From: Podarcis filfolensis
Lineage: Eukaryota
Length of the DNA stretch: 64,000 nucleotides
Direction: 5' to 3' (one strand)
NCBI GenBank assembly: GCA_964270895.1
Contig: OZ185435.1
This document shows positions 35,878 to 49,703 of this stretch, in pieces. Both the position numbers and the translations under genes were made by a program. The notes under the pieces are model-generated. The model did no database searches, had not been told where the DNA came from, and was given only the letters and a program-made list of their open reading frames with translations. How positions within the stretch are numbered: position 1 is the first letter of the stretch; every line of letters starts with the position of its first letter.

Positions 35878-38800
35878 TCTTATGAAAAAGTAACTTTGGG
35901 AAGAAGAGAAGGTTTAGAGAACCCTTTTCCTGCCCACCGTTTTCCCACAGAAACCTGCCCCCCACTACCCCCACTTTGGTACACAAAGCATTATGCAGCC
36001 CTTCCACTTTGTATAGGCTGGGGAAGGCTATCTTGGACTATTCCATTTCAGGTTGCAGGTGAGAGGGTGGGGGTGGGTGACATTTTGAATGCTCCCAGAT
36101 GGGAATGAAAAACTCCTCAGAGAAAACCGAGCCCAATAAGACTGCATCGTTTTACATGTGGAACATTATTCAGACACGCAACTCACTCCTGGCCCGCCTG
36201 GAAGTGTTACCGTCCGCAGTGCGGGGGGAGGGGGGGAGTAACATTGCTTGAGCGTGCTGACTGAATAAACAGCCCTTCATCTGGGTACCTTTTAAATATC
36301 TGAATGGAGGACAAAGAGATCTGGATGCTTAGCCTAGAGAGGCCACTGCATCCTCCCTGAATGGCAATGGAAAGGTGCCCAATGTGGTCTGCAGCAGGAA
36401 CAACCATAGTTGCTGCTGTTGCAGTCCATGGATTAAATGGGGTGCTGGGCTGGCTCTGAATGGGGCTTCTGGGGATTAGTAGTATTATAGGAGCTATGGG
36501 AGCTTAATGTAAGGGGTGCCTCTGAAGGGGAGAGTGTGATTGGGCTGAAGAGACACTTCCCCATTGTGAAGGGCAGATTTTCCCCCCTTGGATTCTGCGA
36601 AGTAAATATCAGGGCGCTGAGAAACAGGACCTACTTCAACCATTTAGACTGAATGTGTCTTTCCCCCACCCCCCAGAAACTCCTGCTCCTGAAACTAGTG
36701 AGCCATGGGGGATTGGGGGCGGGGAGAGATCCCCATGACTGAGACAGACGCATCTTGGAAGGATGATGGATGGCTGTGTTTGCTGGTGCCTGCTGCTGTT
36801 ATGGGCCTGGGATAATGTGTCTCAAGCATCTCCATAACAACCATCTCCAGGGGGCAGGTCCAGTTGAATGATAGCATTAATATCATTACATAAAATGCCT
36901 TGTGCAGAAAAGGAATTCACACTCATTATCTGGTTATTCTCACAGTGTCCTGGTAAGGTAGGCAAGTCATTCCTTTTATAGCAGCAGCTAAGCGGAGACT
37001 TGAACTTGGGACTCATAGCATCAAACCAAGTAGCCCAACATCATCCCCTCTGGAAGTTGCCTGACTCCAACTCCCACCAGCCTCAGCCAGCGTGGCCACA
37101 CATGCTGGGACTTGTAGCCCTATCACAATCTGGAGGACACTAGGTTGACTACCTTTGCTCCATGGAAAAGCAGCACATCTATATAGGCCAGGCTTCTAAA
37201 AAGCAACTAGCATGGTCACTTGTGGCAAACAAGCATCTGTTCTAGGCAACCAGGAAAGGAAGGTTAAAAAAAAAGAAAAAGGTTTAAGCCACAAGCCTGT
37301 ATGTGCATTTCAGTCTGCAGTGGGGGCTGGGGGAACAATCCTGAGCTTGTAAATTTTGTGTTGTTTACAAGACCGATTCCAAAAATTCAGTCACTGAAGT
37401 TAACCTCGGTCAAATAAGGTCTGAGAGAACTGGTCCTAGTGCCCTCTTTTTCCTGCCTCAGTTTTCCCCCTTAGGAAAAAAAGAGAGCATTAGTTAACAA
37501 CCGGGAAGGCCTATGGAGAATGTCAGCTCCCTCGAGTTCCTCTTGCACAGAGACTTAATGAGAGGCAGTTAGTACTATAAATAATCAGCCAGCTGTTGAC
37601 AATGCTCTTGTTCGCTTAAAGGCCATTGGGGAGGAAGTGGGAAGTTGCCTGCTAGTATCCCTGGGCATCTGAGCTGGTTTATTATTATTTTTTTCTTTAT
37701 GCTCTTGTAGATTGTCAGGCTAGAGAGAGCCTGACTTCAGGGAACACTGACTGGCTTCATATCCAAGCGCAGAAAAAGGAAATGAATGCACAGAAAAAAA
37801 TAGTTTGGTTCCCTTAACAGGAAAAACAACACTGTCGTGCAGCAACCAGCAAAGGAGAAACTTCCTCCCCACCCCCCTTTTTTAATCCCCTGCCCTTTTA
37901 CCAAAGCTGAATTCTCCCCTCTCACAAATGTCACAACCACCTTGGCTCCGACACATTCCTAGTTCCGCTATAAAACCTGCACAAAAAGGCAGAGCTTGCA
38001 GTGGGTGCTGTGGCGGGTCAGCAGGACGCAGGTCACCCTGATTCTCCTATGTGCTGCAGTTTCTTACTTTGCAGCAGACCCAAATAGCCTATTGCGACCA
38101 AAGGTGACGTCATTTCCTGGCAGACAAACCAGAGAGACAGCTCTTCTTTGAAGCTGGGCCTTGACTTTGGCAGGAGGAGAGACACGAGAGGCTGCACCAG
38201 CGGGGAGGTTGCTCGGGCAGGAAGTTTAGTGTGTTGAAGCCTATCGGAGAAAACCGATGGGAGTGATTTAAAGTCAGGGTGCTCCATAATAGGGGTTGTG
38301 GGAGGCCTCCTTTCACTGTCCCACAATTCCGCTCTGCATGATATGGAAGAGGAATGGGGGGACCTGTGGTCCTCCAGATGTGGATGGAGTACAACTGTCA
38401 ACACCCCAGGCCATTGGCCATGCCGGCTAGGGCCAATGGGAGTCCAACGATGTGTGGAGAGTGACAGATTAGCGACCCCTGAGCAACCTCAGCTCAACTC
38501 TCCACTTTGGCATGAAGTTCGAAGAGTGGCGGTGGTTAGTCAAACACACACACAACCTAAACCATCCCGCATACAATGTGTGTGTCCCTCAGCTCCTTTG
38601 GAGAGAAGTATGACGCAATGTAATAAACAAAACCTTAGACATCTTATTCCCCCAAGATCTTGAATGGGCAGCAGTTCCGAGTTTCATTACCTCCACTCCC
38701 TCTTGGAATGTCTGTGTAGAATCTATAAAAGACATTCCAGGAGGGAGCAGACAGAGTCCTCCAGATCTTCAGGATCCTGTCTCCAGTACCCTGCCACAGT

Positions 38801-39495
38801 GAGCTTGGTTGGTGGGAAGCAGAGACTCAAATCTCATCGGATAGCTCTCTGGGCAAGTCGCTGTATCTCAAATTTAATCTACCTTCAAAGGGTGGTTGTG
38901 AAGATAAAATGCTGCCTCTGAACTATGTACAGGACAGGTAAGACACAAATTGCTGGACTTCAGGCATGTGACTCAGACTTTCTTATTTCAGCAAGCATTT
39001 TAAGGTAGGGTTTGGATTTATGTTTGGTTTTATGGTGATTTTTTTTTTTTTACTGTTTTATTCTGTATGGTTTATTTTTATGTACGCCTCCTAGAAATGC
39101 TACTGATGAAGTGGCATATAAATTCCATAAATTAATGTAACAGATGTAACAGAATGTTCCTGCTTTTGCAGTAATGAACGAGGATGCAGCCCCTTCAGCA
39201 ACTTTCAGGGGTGCTGTTCCAGATGTGGTGGGGTGGCAAAACCCAGGTTTGCACTTGGCCTGCATCTCCTGCCCTTTTCTTCCTTTTAAAAAACTCATTC
39301 CCCCCCCTTCTTACTGACTTGCTGTGCACACTGCAAAATGCAATGCTGATAAGCATCAGAAACCCACCATCTTAAATACATATAAACTAGCCAATGCAAA
39401 TGGCTATGGAAATTTGGGCCATGGGTTTGTGCCTCAAGTTCTTTAAGTACCCAACAGCACCCTTGGCAATTTTGCTGATGTTCCTCTCTTTACAA

Positions 39496-39624
39496 CAGGG
39501 ATGGGGTGGTGTGCTCCTCCAGATGTTGCTGGACTACAACTCCCAGACCATTGGCTGTGCCAGCTGGAATTGATGGGATTTGGGGTACATCAACATCTGG
39601 GAGGCGCTAGGTTCCTCACCACTG
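39496..39624. mobile_element. Hairpin hAT MITE
   Basis: cagggatgggg...cctcaccactg ends; 8-bp TSD ctttacaa / ctttagaa (7/8). Confidence 0.75.
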
Positions 39625-42429
39625 CTTTAGAATCTCCATCCTTCTATTGTTCCAATCCTGGACAACTTCTTGAGGATGTATCTGCATTTTTGTCCCAATT
39701 CCAATAGATAGCCCATGAAAAAAAATGGAGGCACCACCTAGGCTCCAAGGGTGTGATTTATATGTCCCTTATGTTTCAAGACAGACACACACACGGAAGC
39801 TGTTAGGTCAACCACCAGCAAAGCAACAATGATGAAAGATAACGTATGCTAGGGCCAAACTGCTTGTGGTTTCTGTTAAGTCTCACCTTCCTATGGAGTG
39901 TCTGAGAGTGAATGCTCTGTCTCTGAGAAGCAAGGTAATGTGATTTGTGAACAGGACTATGCATGCTGTGCCAAGACGGTATCATGCAAGGCAAGGAAAT
40001 AAATTATACTTGGGCACCCAAATCTTGCTTTTCATTAAAAAAAAAAGCAAGTTTCTTGTCTTTTTGATCTACAACAGTATATGTGTGCAAGGCCAGAGGG
40101 AGGATGAGTCAAATTTCTAGTGGTCAAGAGGTGGGGATTCTGTGCCCTGCACTGCTTCCCTGCACCGCCTCACATGACTGCTAGGAACAGAGCAAATTAT
40201 GCAAAAAATAAATATGCAAATATATTGACTTGCATATTTTAATATAAAACACACACTCTGCTCATCACCCAAACCCAGTTTCCTCCTCCACGTGATTTCT
40301 ATTGGGCTGTACCAAAAGGTCTACATGTTATTACGCATTCAGATTAGGGGAACTAAGAATTTCTTCAGCTTCTGCCTGAATTAACCTGTTCTGGAATTAC
40401 CCTGTTCTCCTCCTGCTCCAAATCAGCTTCCCGGGCAAAATTTATGGGGCCACACTTTAGAAGTCCCCCAGCAAAGTTCCCACAGTGAGATGTGCAGAAG
40501 AGATGTATCTGATCCTCCCTAGCTAATGGGAAGAAGCAGTCTCTAATGCTTGTTTTCAGCAGATGTCTTGAATCCAAAACAAATGCAGTTCTGTACATAT
40601 CCTTGACACTCCTCCCCATGCTTTCCTTACCATTCCAGCTACCTTATTTCTGCCTATCAGTAAGCTATCAATAAGACCCCTGTGCTGTGATCACAGCAAG
40701 ACCTCCATGTACGCCTCTTAATCCTTAGTCTTCTTCTAGGGCATAGTCTTGCTTCCCTAATTGGTAATCTGAGCTCTCCCCAGCTCTTTAACAGATAAAA
40801 TGCTCAATTTCCTAAAAGCCAAATTTCACAAGTACCTCCTATGTGTAGATATATTGTCAATATTGCCTTTCACTCCTCTACTCCCTCTCCTGCCCCCAAA
40901 ATAGATGGCTATTGAGCTGGGAGAATTGAAGGCCTCCCTGGTGTACTTTGAGGAAGAGGAAAGGAGGAGAAGGCAGCAGCAGTTACACTGTCATTACAAG
41001 TGGTGCAGAAAGAGATGAGGGAGGGGCAGAAGGGCAAACGATGGCTTAAATTCTGCCACCCCAAGACAGTTATCTTAAATTGGACTCAGGGATGTGACTC
41101 AGGCAGGCAGGGGGTTGCCAGTGAGCAACTATTAGCTGAGATGTGATGCAAGTGAAGGGGCTGCTCTCTGGACTCCTATGCATCCCAAAATTATTTCCTC
41201 CAAAGGCTATGGAACTTCACCCAAAGTTCCCATGTGGGCACTTCCATACCGAAACCAGCAACCGTGTGGGGGGGGAAAGAGCACAGAGGCTGCTGAGGCT
41301 TTCAGGCATCGCCATGGTAACACATCTGCATCATCCTCTGAAAGGGCCGCTTGCCATTTCTTGCGGAAAGGGGCCCTTTGGAGCTTTCTCAGAGACCCTC
41401 CGTCCTGCCTTCAGTGGCAGGGGAGCAGTTCTGCTTGAAGAGACTTCTACAATGGGGATAACCCAAGGTTATTGGCTAGAACAGGGAAGGGTAGGGTAAG
41501 CCAGATGTCACATGGGAGGTGGAAGGGAAGAAGGGAGAGCGAGGAAGGCCTCCATTTGCCCATGTGCTGAAGGTGCAGGATGCTTGTCAGGCCCCACCCT
41601 GTTGCCCTTGGTAACTGCTGCCAGGAAGCAGAGTTAAGGGTTGGTTGGCCGAAACCATAGCACCTTTGACCCACCTGGATGACCAGTCAGATTTTTTGAC
41701 TTAATGCTCCCACTTGTGTCTCCCAGCAAGAAAATGCCCTTACATGAAGCAGAGCCCCTGCCCAACACATTTCCCCTTATCTGCACGATGGTGACCTTGC
41801 ACTGCATTTGCGCACGCTTGCAACGTTGTTTGTGCAGCCCCAGTTCCTGCTTCAACTCAGGTGGGCAAAGGCCTGGTCGCTATCTAACAGCACACTACCA
41901 AGACACAGCGCTGGATTGCACAGGTCTGTACAGACAGATTTTCAAAAACAAAAACAAACCAACCACCCACCCAAAACAGAAGACAGTGGTTAGGGCATCT
42001 TGAGGCCGACTCCAGGCACTGCCAGAGCCAAGCTGTATGCTCCTCATATCACTCAGCAGCACAGTTGCTGGACTGCTCAGAAAAAAGCACTATATAGGCA
42101 TATATACAGCCTGATTTACTAGCCTGCTTTTCTGCTGTGGTTAACACAATTGCATATTACACATACACAGAGAGAATCACTATGTGTGTTTGTGATGGGG
42201 TGGGTGGAATTGTGACGTGTGGGTAGGGAAAAACACAGAAGGAGGGGGTTTGCTACTGCAAGAGGTGCTGGGGGAATGATCTCCAAGGATCTGAGCAGCC
42301 GAATGAAGAATCAGGAAGCAGAGACAGGACACCCTGACAATCCATCATCATGCCCACACTATATCAACACAACCACGTACACGGAAAGACGCCGCTTTAG
42401 CGAGCCCTCTTTCCACCCCACTCCACCCC

Positions 42430-43900
42430 GCTACATGGACGGGGTAGATCACGGACCCTGCTGCTTGGGCCAAGGGCAAGTCGGCTCGGTGCATTTCAGA
42501 AGAGCGAAGCTCAGTCATATACAGACCCATTTATGCGCTCGCTCGCGTACACAAACACCCAGCGCCCATCCTAAGCCCGGCGCGCCTCGCGCGGGGCCCC
42601 GGCGCCGCACCTGCCCCCTCCGCCTGCCCCCCTTGCCGGGCTCACCTCGGCTCAGGTAGCACGATCTTCTTGCTGGCCCGGGCTGCCGGAGTGGATTTAC
42701 TTTTCTCCATAGCCATCAAGTAGCTCACATCGGCGAGCACAGCCTCCAAGTCGGCCATCTTGCCAGGAAATATTTCTTCTGCTTTCCTTTTTCACAATCA
42801 ATTCTCTTATTATTCCAGCGGCCTCTGCGGCTCCCTCGCCGCCGCCTCCTCCCGGTCGGGGTGTGTGTGTGTGTGCGTGTGTGTGGCCGCCTGTGCTAGG
42901 GGGAGGGGAGGGAGAGCGAGGGGGGGAGGCGAAGAGAGGGGATCTGGCCCCCCAACCCCTCTTACAAACAGACCCACATGATGCCCGTGCAGAGAAGTGG
43001 CGGCCCTTCCTTAGTTCCTGGGCTGCGGCTTGGCCCCGCTGCCCTCCGCTCCTGGCTTGCCTTCCTCCTCCAGGGCTGGCGGGCTCTCTCGGTGTGTGTC
43101 CTGAGTGTGTGTGTGCGTCTTGTGTGTGTTGCGCGCGCGCGTGCAGGGAGGGCTGCCGCGGCCGCTGCTGTTGCTCCCGCTGCCTGTCAACGCGGAGCGG
43201 CGGCGGCGGCGCAGGGGTGCGGGGTGGCGGCGTCGGCGGCGGCTTGCTGCCTTTATCTGTCAGCGCTTTTCTTCTTCCTCTGCTTGCGATCCAAGGCGGA
43301 GAAGCAGCGTCGCGCAAGTGCCCGAGGCAAGCACAGCCGAGGAGCTCTCGAGCTCCACGCGCTGATTCAATGCGGGGCGCTTAAGGCGGGAGCCGAGCGG
43401 ATCCGAAACTCGCACACGCTCTCCTCCTCCTCCTTCTTCTTCTTCCTCCTGCTGCTGCTGTTGCTGCCCGTAGGTGGTTTTGTTTCTCCGCAGGGGGAAA
43501 GGACCTCCGGGGCCCGCCGCGCAGCTTCTGGCTTCCCCTCTCCGCTCGCTCCAGGGCCAGCTTAAAGCAACAGCCGCCCCTCGAGGGAAGCCTGCTTTGT
43601 ACATAGACACACACAGAGAGAAGAAAGTTAGTCGCCCGAGGCCGCCCTCTGGAGGCCCAGGGGAGACTTGCAGCTGGCTTGGCGCAGGCCGGGTGTCTTT
43701 CAGACCCTTTCGATTCAAGCGCGGCCCCAGGCAATACGCTGCGGCGGGCGCTCAAATCGAGGAGCGCTCGGAGGCCTAACGGGCCATGATTTCACCCGGC
43801 CGTTGCCTTAGCACGTCCGGTAGCATCCCGCATAAAATATCGGCCACAACTATAATTCCTTGCAACCCGTTTCGGGTTTTGACATCCACGTTTGGCCTCT
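42430..43900 (-). promoter_or_regulatory. CpG island: GRK2 promoter, 5'UTR and exon 1
   Basis: GC/CpG-rich block with (GT)n and (CCT)n/(CTT)n runs around the GRK2 start codon; TSS cannot be placed from sequence alone. Confidence 0.82.
42646..42758 (-). CDS. GRK2: GRK2 (ADRBK1) coding exon 1
   Basis: Kozak ggcaagATGG; [37 protein letters not shown](S)|gtgagc; 113 nt. The 21 exons sum to 2076 nt (691 aa plus stop). Confidence 0.98.
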
Positions 43901-46900
43901 GGTCTCTCAAGGACATCCTGAAGGTCTGCACGACAAAGGAGCAGCGTGACCCCTTGAAGGCTAACGAACAAATTACTACAGTATTTAAGGCGCTACAAGG
44001 CTCCTGATTGCTTTTGTGCAAGAGACTGACGTGGCTACCCTTCTGAAAATATTCAGGATTAAAATTCAGGAACAGACATTCTCAAGACCAAAAGACTGTC
44101 CTTTGTTTTCTGACAGGTACAAATTTGGGAGATAAAGACCTACAATAAGTAAGTTCTTGTGTGCGCACTGTAGGCTAGAGAGAAGAGTACACGTTAAAAA
44201 TACAATATGTAGTTAATCTGAGCCAGAAGGCTAAGGAATGGTCAGAGTGCTACTCTCTTAAAGTTTCCACAAGAAGAGTTTTCTTCAGTTTCTTCATGCT
44301 GGCAAACTGGTATGGTCCTAGGTATGTTGAGTTGGAATAGTTCATTTCCCCCTGTGTGTTAAGTTTCAGGTGTTTCACCAGATTCTGTGACCGTATAGAT
44401 TTTTGCCTTGGCCTGCGGCAAAGATTTTCCATGCCCGACGTGCGCCCAAATTGTGTCCCTTCAGATGGTGCTGAAGTTCAGCTCCCACCATCCCTGATCA
44501 ATGGCCATGCTGGCTGAAACTGATGGGAGTTAGGAGTTCAACGTCTAGAAGGCCACTGGTTCCCTTCTAGGTGGCTACTGCTTTACTTGAACACTTAAGC
44601 AGCTTTCCTTAAGATTCAACCAAGGCCTATATCCTTTCACTGGGCCTTGCATACTAGGGCTTTGACACCTGTCTGGAAGGTAGATACAGTAGAACAAATT
44701 ACACAAAACATTCTCCTGCCAAATGTTTATTTAAAAACCTCCCGGGTGAAAAATCAAGCTGTTCTTATTCTATTAGTATTGCTATCTCTGTTGGGAAGTT
44801 AGGTTGACTTTATTCAAAATATGTGGTTTCAGTTTGCCTGACGTGACTAGGGGTGGAATAATACGTGAGGTTCATCACCATGACTGCAAAAGCAAGCAAC
44901 AGACTTGACTGCTGGGTGGAAATGGGCTGTCATACACTTACACAAGAGAATGTTCATACCCTTAAATGCAGTTATTTTCCATGGAGTTAATTCACCTGGT
45001 CAGTAGCCAGTCAAATAAATGTACAGAAATCAGTTGATGGAGATGCCTGAGTAAACCAGGCCTACCTTGTCCTGCCTCCTTCTCCCTGCACACCTATTAT
45101 AGGGTTTTCTCACAGCCATTAAATCCTGCTGTTAGGCAGACATCTCCAGAAAGTGGTTCATCCAGTTCTTCTATATGAACTGTTTTCCTCGTTGTGATTA
45201 ATACCGTTTCCACACTGAAGTGCCGTTTATTAGTTTGAGGCACACAGGTTGCAATGTTATTTCCTTAAACAACCCTACCTCTCTAGCTACCTTTTTGTTT
45301 TCAGCTTTGCATAGCTGAGTGCCTACAAGGAGAGAGACAAGGCACATGTCTAGTCAACTGAAACATGTGCCCTTCTTATTAATGCACTCACTCTGAAGGG
45401 GAAGCTACGGTGGCAAAGCACCATTACTAAATAAAACAGCAGAGACATTTAGCAGAAATAGTGTGTAGGTGGTAAAATGGAGTCACTGCTATAGATTTCC
45501 ACAGGTGCTCAGTGAAACCTTGATAAGTGTGAACACGGATTGACCAGGAATAAATGCTGGGGTGTATATGGAGCCATTCTCCTGGAATGCCTGTTTCCAG
45601 ACACTTCTTCCTATACAGCATCTGGGTTCTTCTAATTCCTTATTTCCTGTTTCCTGGGGGTCATCCTTGGTTATTTCTGCAGGGAATTCCAGATACTGTA
45701 CAGCGTTTCCAGCAACTCTATAGCTTTGCAGTGATTCCTTGTGATTAATGGCGTTACAACTCTCATGAGAACCAGTTTGATTAGGAACCCCAATCTGTGG
45801 TGGATCCCTGCCTCCTGCAGCTTTCTTGTAAAAAGGTTTTAGACAGTGATACTTTCTAAGCTTTTGGGGGACTGGATCTTATAGCACCATAATAGGCCAT
45901 CTGTAATGGGATGTGTCTTGAATGTCCCTTAGCTTCTTCCATATTATTTTGTTATGGTGTCTGCCAAAACACAATACCACATTCTGGGGAAAGGAACCCT
46001 TCTTGGGCTTGGGCAAAGTAAACATATCCTCATGCTCCACATTTTCCTGAAAGCCACATAAATATAAGATTCACACGTCTCTCCTGATTTTTCGGCCTCC
46101 TCTCCCTTTTCTCTTTGTAATCTGCTTGCAATCAACAAATTTGCTTTGCATGCATCTGCCCTATTTCTTTTGCAGTCTCAGTCAAAGTGTTCAGATGCAC
46201 ATTAATCTCTGTCAGCTGTCCCTTCCATTGGAGTCATTAATTGCTTTCATGTTTCTTTTACTATTTCCCTCATGAGGAACAACCAAGCTGCAAGTTGTAG
46301 TCTCTTTCCTTCTACCTCTGAGCAACAGCAGCTTGAGCAGGCAACTTATTGGACTTGGCCTTAGACAAAGACTCCGTGTTCAGCCTGTCTTTCTTCTGCA
46401 GGTGGAAAAAATAGGAGAAATCCACCCATTTTTGACAGGTTTGGTTTACTGTCATTCCTTTATTTCAGAGACACATGCCCTGGGGAGATTAATTCCCTGA
46501 AGCTCCTGAATGATGGAAATGGTTCCAGGCACTGGAGCTCTGGAGTCAAACAGCCATTTTCTGCCTTGCTAAGCCATGTCCCCTTCTGAAAGCTGAAGAT
46601 TTAGTTTTAAATGGTACCTAGTAATAACAGTATTTTTTTAGAACCCATAAATCTTGTCCTTTTGTTTTAGCCTTCAGGATGATATCCAATGAAGTTATAC
46701 TTAGTGTAGATACTTGCCCACTGATTTCAGTGAATGTCTATTCAGAGTATAACTTTAGTCAACTAGCACCCTCAACATTTAAGTGGTGAGTTCATTAATG
46801 AAAATGCATTTTATGTTTATTCTGGAAAAAATGTAGGTCCTGTTCTTTCTTGAATAAACCTTATCTCAGTTAAAAATGTTTCCAATGTTTCTCTGGGGAT

Positions 46901-47057
46901 TCAGAAGTTGCAGCCAAGGTCCTCCCTTCTGTAACTGGGTAATATTTGAACATGCAAATAGGGAAGTTCTTGCATTAACTGCAAGAATGGCAGTTCACCT
47001 TCTCTCAGTGCTCCTGAAGTGAACTAAAAATGTATGTCACGAACAGAAATTGCCTTC

Positions 47058-47255
47058 TGCAGAAAGGCCTTTGTTATCTTGTACTACAAAATAATAGCAG
47101 AAATAATACATTTCTGAGTGCAACAGTTATGTTCCTGAAACATTTGATAAAATAGTTGCAGAAAGGCCTTTGTTTTCTTGTACTACAAAATAATAGCAGA
47201 AATAATACATTTCTGAGTGCAACTGTTATGTTCCTGAAATATTTGATAAAATAGT
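47058..47255 (+). repeat. Local tandem duplication, 2 x 99 bp
   Basis: Units start at 47058 and 47157 (tgcagaaaggcctttgtt...); 3 mismatches. Confidence 0.95.
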
Positions 47256-47691
47256 AAGAACCACAATGAATAAAGTGCCAGTATGAAAATGGGCTAGCTT
47301 ATTTTGTTCTTGTATAGTAAATCATCACTAAGTGTTAGGGGTTGGCAGAACAAGACCAGGAACTCAGCTATATAGCTGCAAATAAAATGTTTTAAGTGTG
47401 TTGTAAAGTACAATATACAAATGTCACAATAGATGGCGATGATGAGCTGTGACAAATTCGACATATTTTTCCAAAACGTTTTTTTTTTAAAAAAACACAC
47501 ACATTTTCACAGCATTTTTAATGTGTGTGTATATTCCACCCAGGACTTGGGTCCAAGGCACTGTTGTAATACTCTCCAGAGAACAACTCTAGAGAAAAGT
47601 TGCTAGTTATTCAGGATTGCCTTGAACAACAATTTTCTTTTCAGATATGATGTGCAGAAATAAGCAGAATATGAAACACTAGGATCTACAT

Positions 47692-47827
47692 CTGTGAGGA
47701 CCAAACTTGGCCCTCCAGCTGTTTTGGGACTACAATTCCCATCATCCCTGACCACTGGCCCTGTTAGCTAGGGATGATGAGAGTTGTAGTCCCAAAACAG
47801 CTGGAGGGCCAAGTTTGGCCATCACTG
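47692..47827. mobile_element. Hairpin hAT MITE (cleanest copy of the family)
   Basis: Near-perfect palindrome (ccaaacttggccctccagctgttttgggactac / gtagtcccaaaacagctggagggccaagtttgg); perfect 8-bp TSD atctacat (47684-91, 47828-35). Confidence 0.9.
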
Positions 47828-49703
47828 ATCTACATAGTATCTCTGGCTTCTCTTTTATCTTTTTCTACTAAGGAGCGCTGCTATTAGTCCATAGGGAGAA
47901 ACAAAGAAATTAGCGGCCCATTCAGTAATGTCACTCACTCATGGCTTCCTGCAAAGAACCTTAGGATCTGTAGTTTGTTTAGGGTGCTGAGAGTTCTTCA
48001 GAGGACACCCCCCCCCCCAGAGATACAATTCTCTGCACCCTTAACTAACTACAGTTCCCAGGATTCTTTGCAGAAAGCCATGACTGTTATAGTGGTATAA
48101 GAATGCTTTAAATGTATAGTGTGGATGTAACCTAAGACAAACTATTTATCCTCACCTGTAGGTTTACACAGGAGTGTGTGCCTTTGAAAAGTCAGCAAGG
48201 TCCTCATTGCCCATTCTCCATGGTGCCATAGAATATAGTGGATGTCTTCTATTGCATAATTCTGTACACTTATGGAGCTAATGGTACAGTTTTGTACATC
48301 TGCTTCTAAAGTTTTGAACTGGCTGAACTGCTAGACTCCAATCTTAACTTCACATGCATGCAACTGGTGTGTTTTTTTAAACATCTCTTTCTCCCTCCTT
48401 TTGGAATTGTTTTTTGGAAAGCCATCATCATCATCATAATTATTATAGCTTCTGCACCCAAATAACTCCCATACCATTACCTGTGATGTGAAAGAGCAAT
48501 TTTTCTTTGCACAAGTATTTATTGTTTGTTATGCTCTACCTCTGTCTCAGTAAGCATACAATCTTCTCATTTTTTTTTAACCAGAGGGCCTAGTAACAAG
48601 GCTTTCCTCTCACTGAGGTCTATAAATGTGTCTTTGTTCCTAGCATTCTGCACTCAAGCATAAAAAGACCCTCTCATCACAAGGCTCAAAAAACCACCAG
48701 TCTTTTAACTTTTGTACTGAGCCTTAGAGTTGCTGGATCTTCTTCCAAATTGTGCTCCCCCCCCCTTTCTCTCTGCTGCTCCCCTCAAAGGTTGCCTCCC
48801 TCTCAGTGTCATTGGCTGATCTACTCTGATGTCACAATGGCTCTGTATTAACAAGAGTCATGGCCCCTTTAGCTACTAATCAACTTAGGTGCTGTGCTGC
48901 TGCAAAGCTCAATTCTAGCTAAGAAGATCCCTAGAGACATTAGCATCTGAATTCTAATATCTACAAAAAAATAATATGCATATTGGAAGCAAATACCATA
49001 AGAGCTATTTTTTAAATCCCTTTTCATTTTTCCTGTACTGTATAACAATATAAAAATTACAATCTACAGAAGCCCTGTTTGTTTGGTGTTACTATATTCA
49101 TCAAAAGAATGTGAAGAGTGATGCATTGCTCCATCTCAACCAATCAAGTCTCTCCAGGAAGGTTCTTGTGAATCTGGTGTTGCAGTCCCAGTTTTTGGCC
49201 ATAAAATGAGGGTTTATTAATCCGGGATCCATTAATGGGCTTCAGAGGATCCATAAACTGGGCACACACATACAAGATTTTTCCGAAGCATACATAAATT
49301 GTATGCAAAACTTTGTGTGTGTTTATGTGCATAGCTTTCTTCAGATTCTTGAAGGGGTCTGTGATCCCAAAAAAGGTAAAGAACCTCTACCACAGAATGA
49401 ACCTATTTGTTTGTCTCATCAATGCCTGTACTTTGAATGGAATGAGATTCAAAGCCAATGTACACCTGCATACAAAGATCTCTACTTCAAACAGCTGCAG
49501 AAGCTTCCTGGAGCAAGGCTGGGTGATTTTAAGTCACTATTTTTCCTTTAAAGAGCAGTTTTTAAAATCCTTATAGTAAGGGAGAAACACTTGTGAATAT
49601 AATCAGAGGAGGTCATTTTGTATTCAGGAGAGGTGATACAAACCGTCAGCACCTTGTTTTGTTCAAGAATAATATAAAATGCTTTGAAAGCTCAAAATAT
49701 ATT

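Noticed and set aside
6594-42758. Assignment to GRK3 (ADRBK2)
   Set aside because: C-tail [24 protein letters not shown] in exon 10, compact introns and position between KDM2A and ANKRD13D all indicate GRK2.
42219-43779. Several 100-206 aa ORFs around GRK2 exon 1
   Set aside because: Same CpG-island and microsatellite artefact; no recognisable domains.
43802-43866. RFX X-box-like (gttgccttagcac) and ZNF143-like (aactataattcc) motifs at the GRK2 promoter edge
   Set aside because: Both deviate from consensus at core positions; too weak without conservation data.
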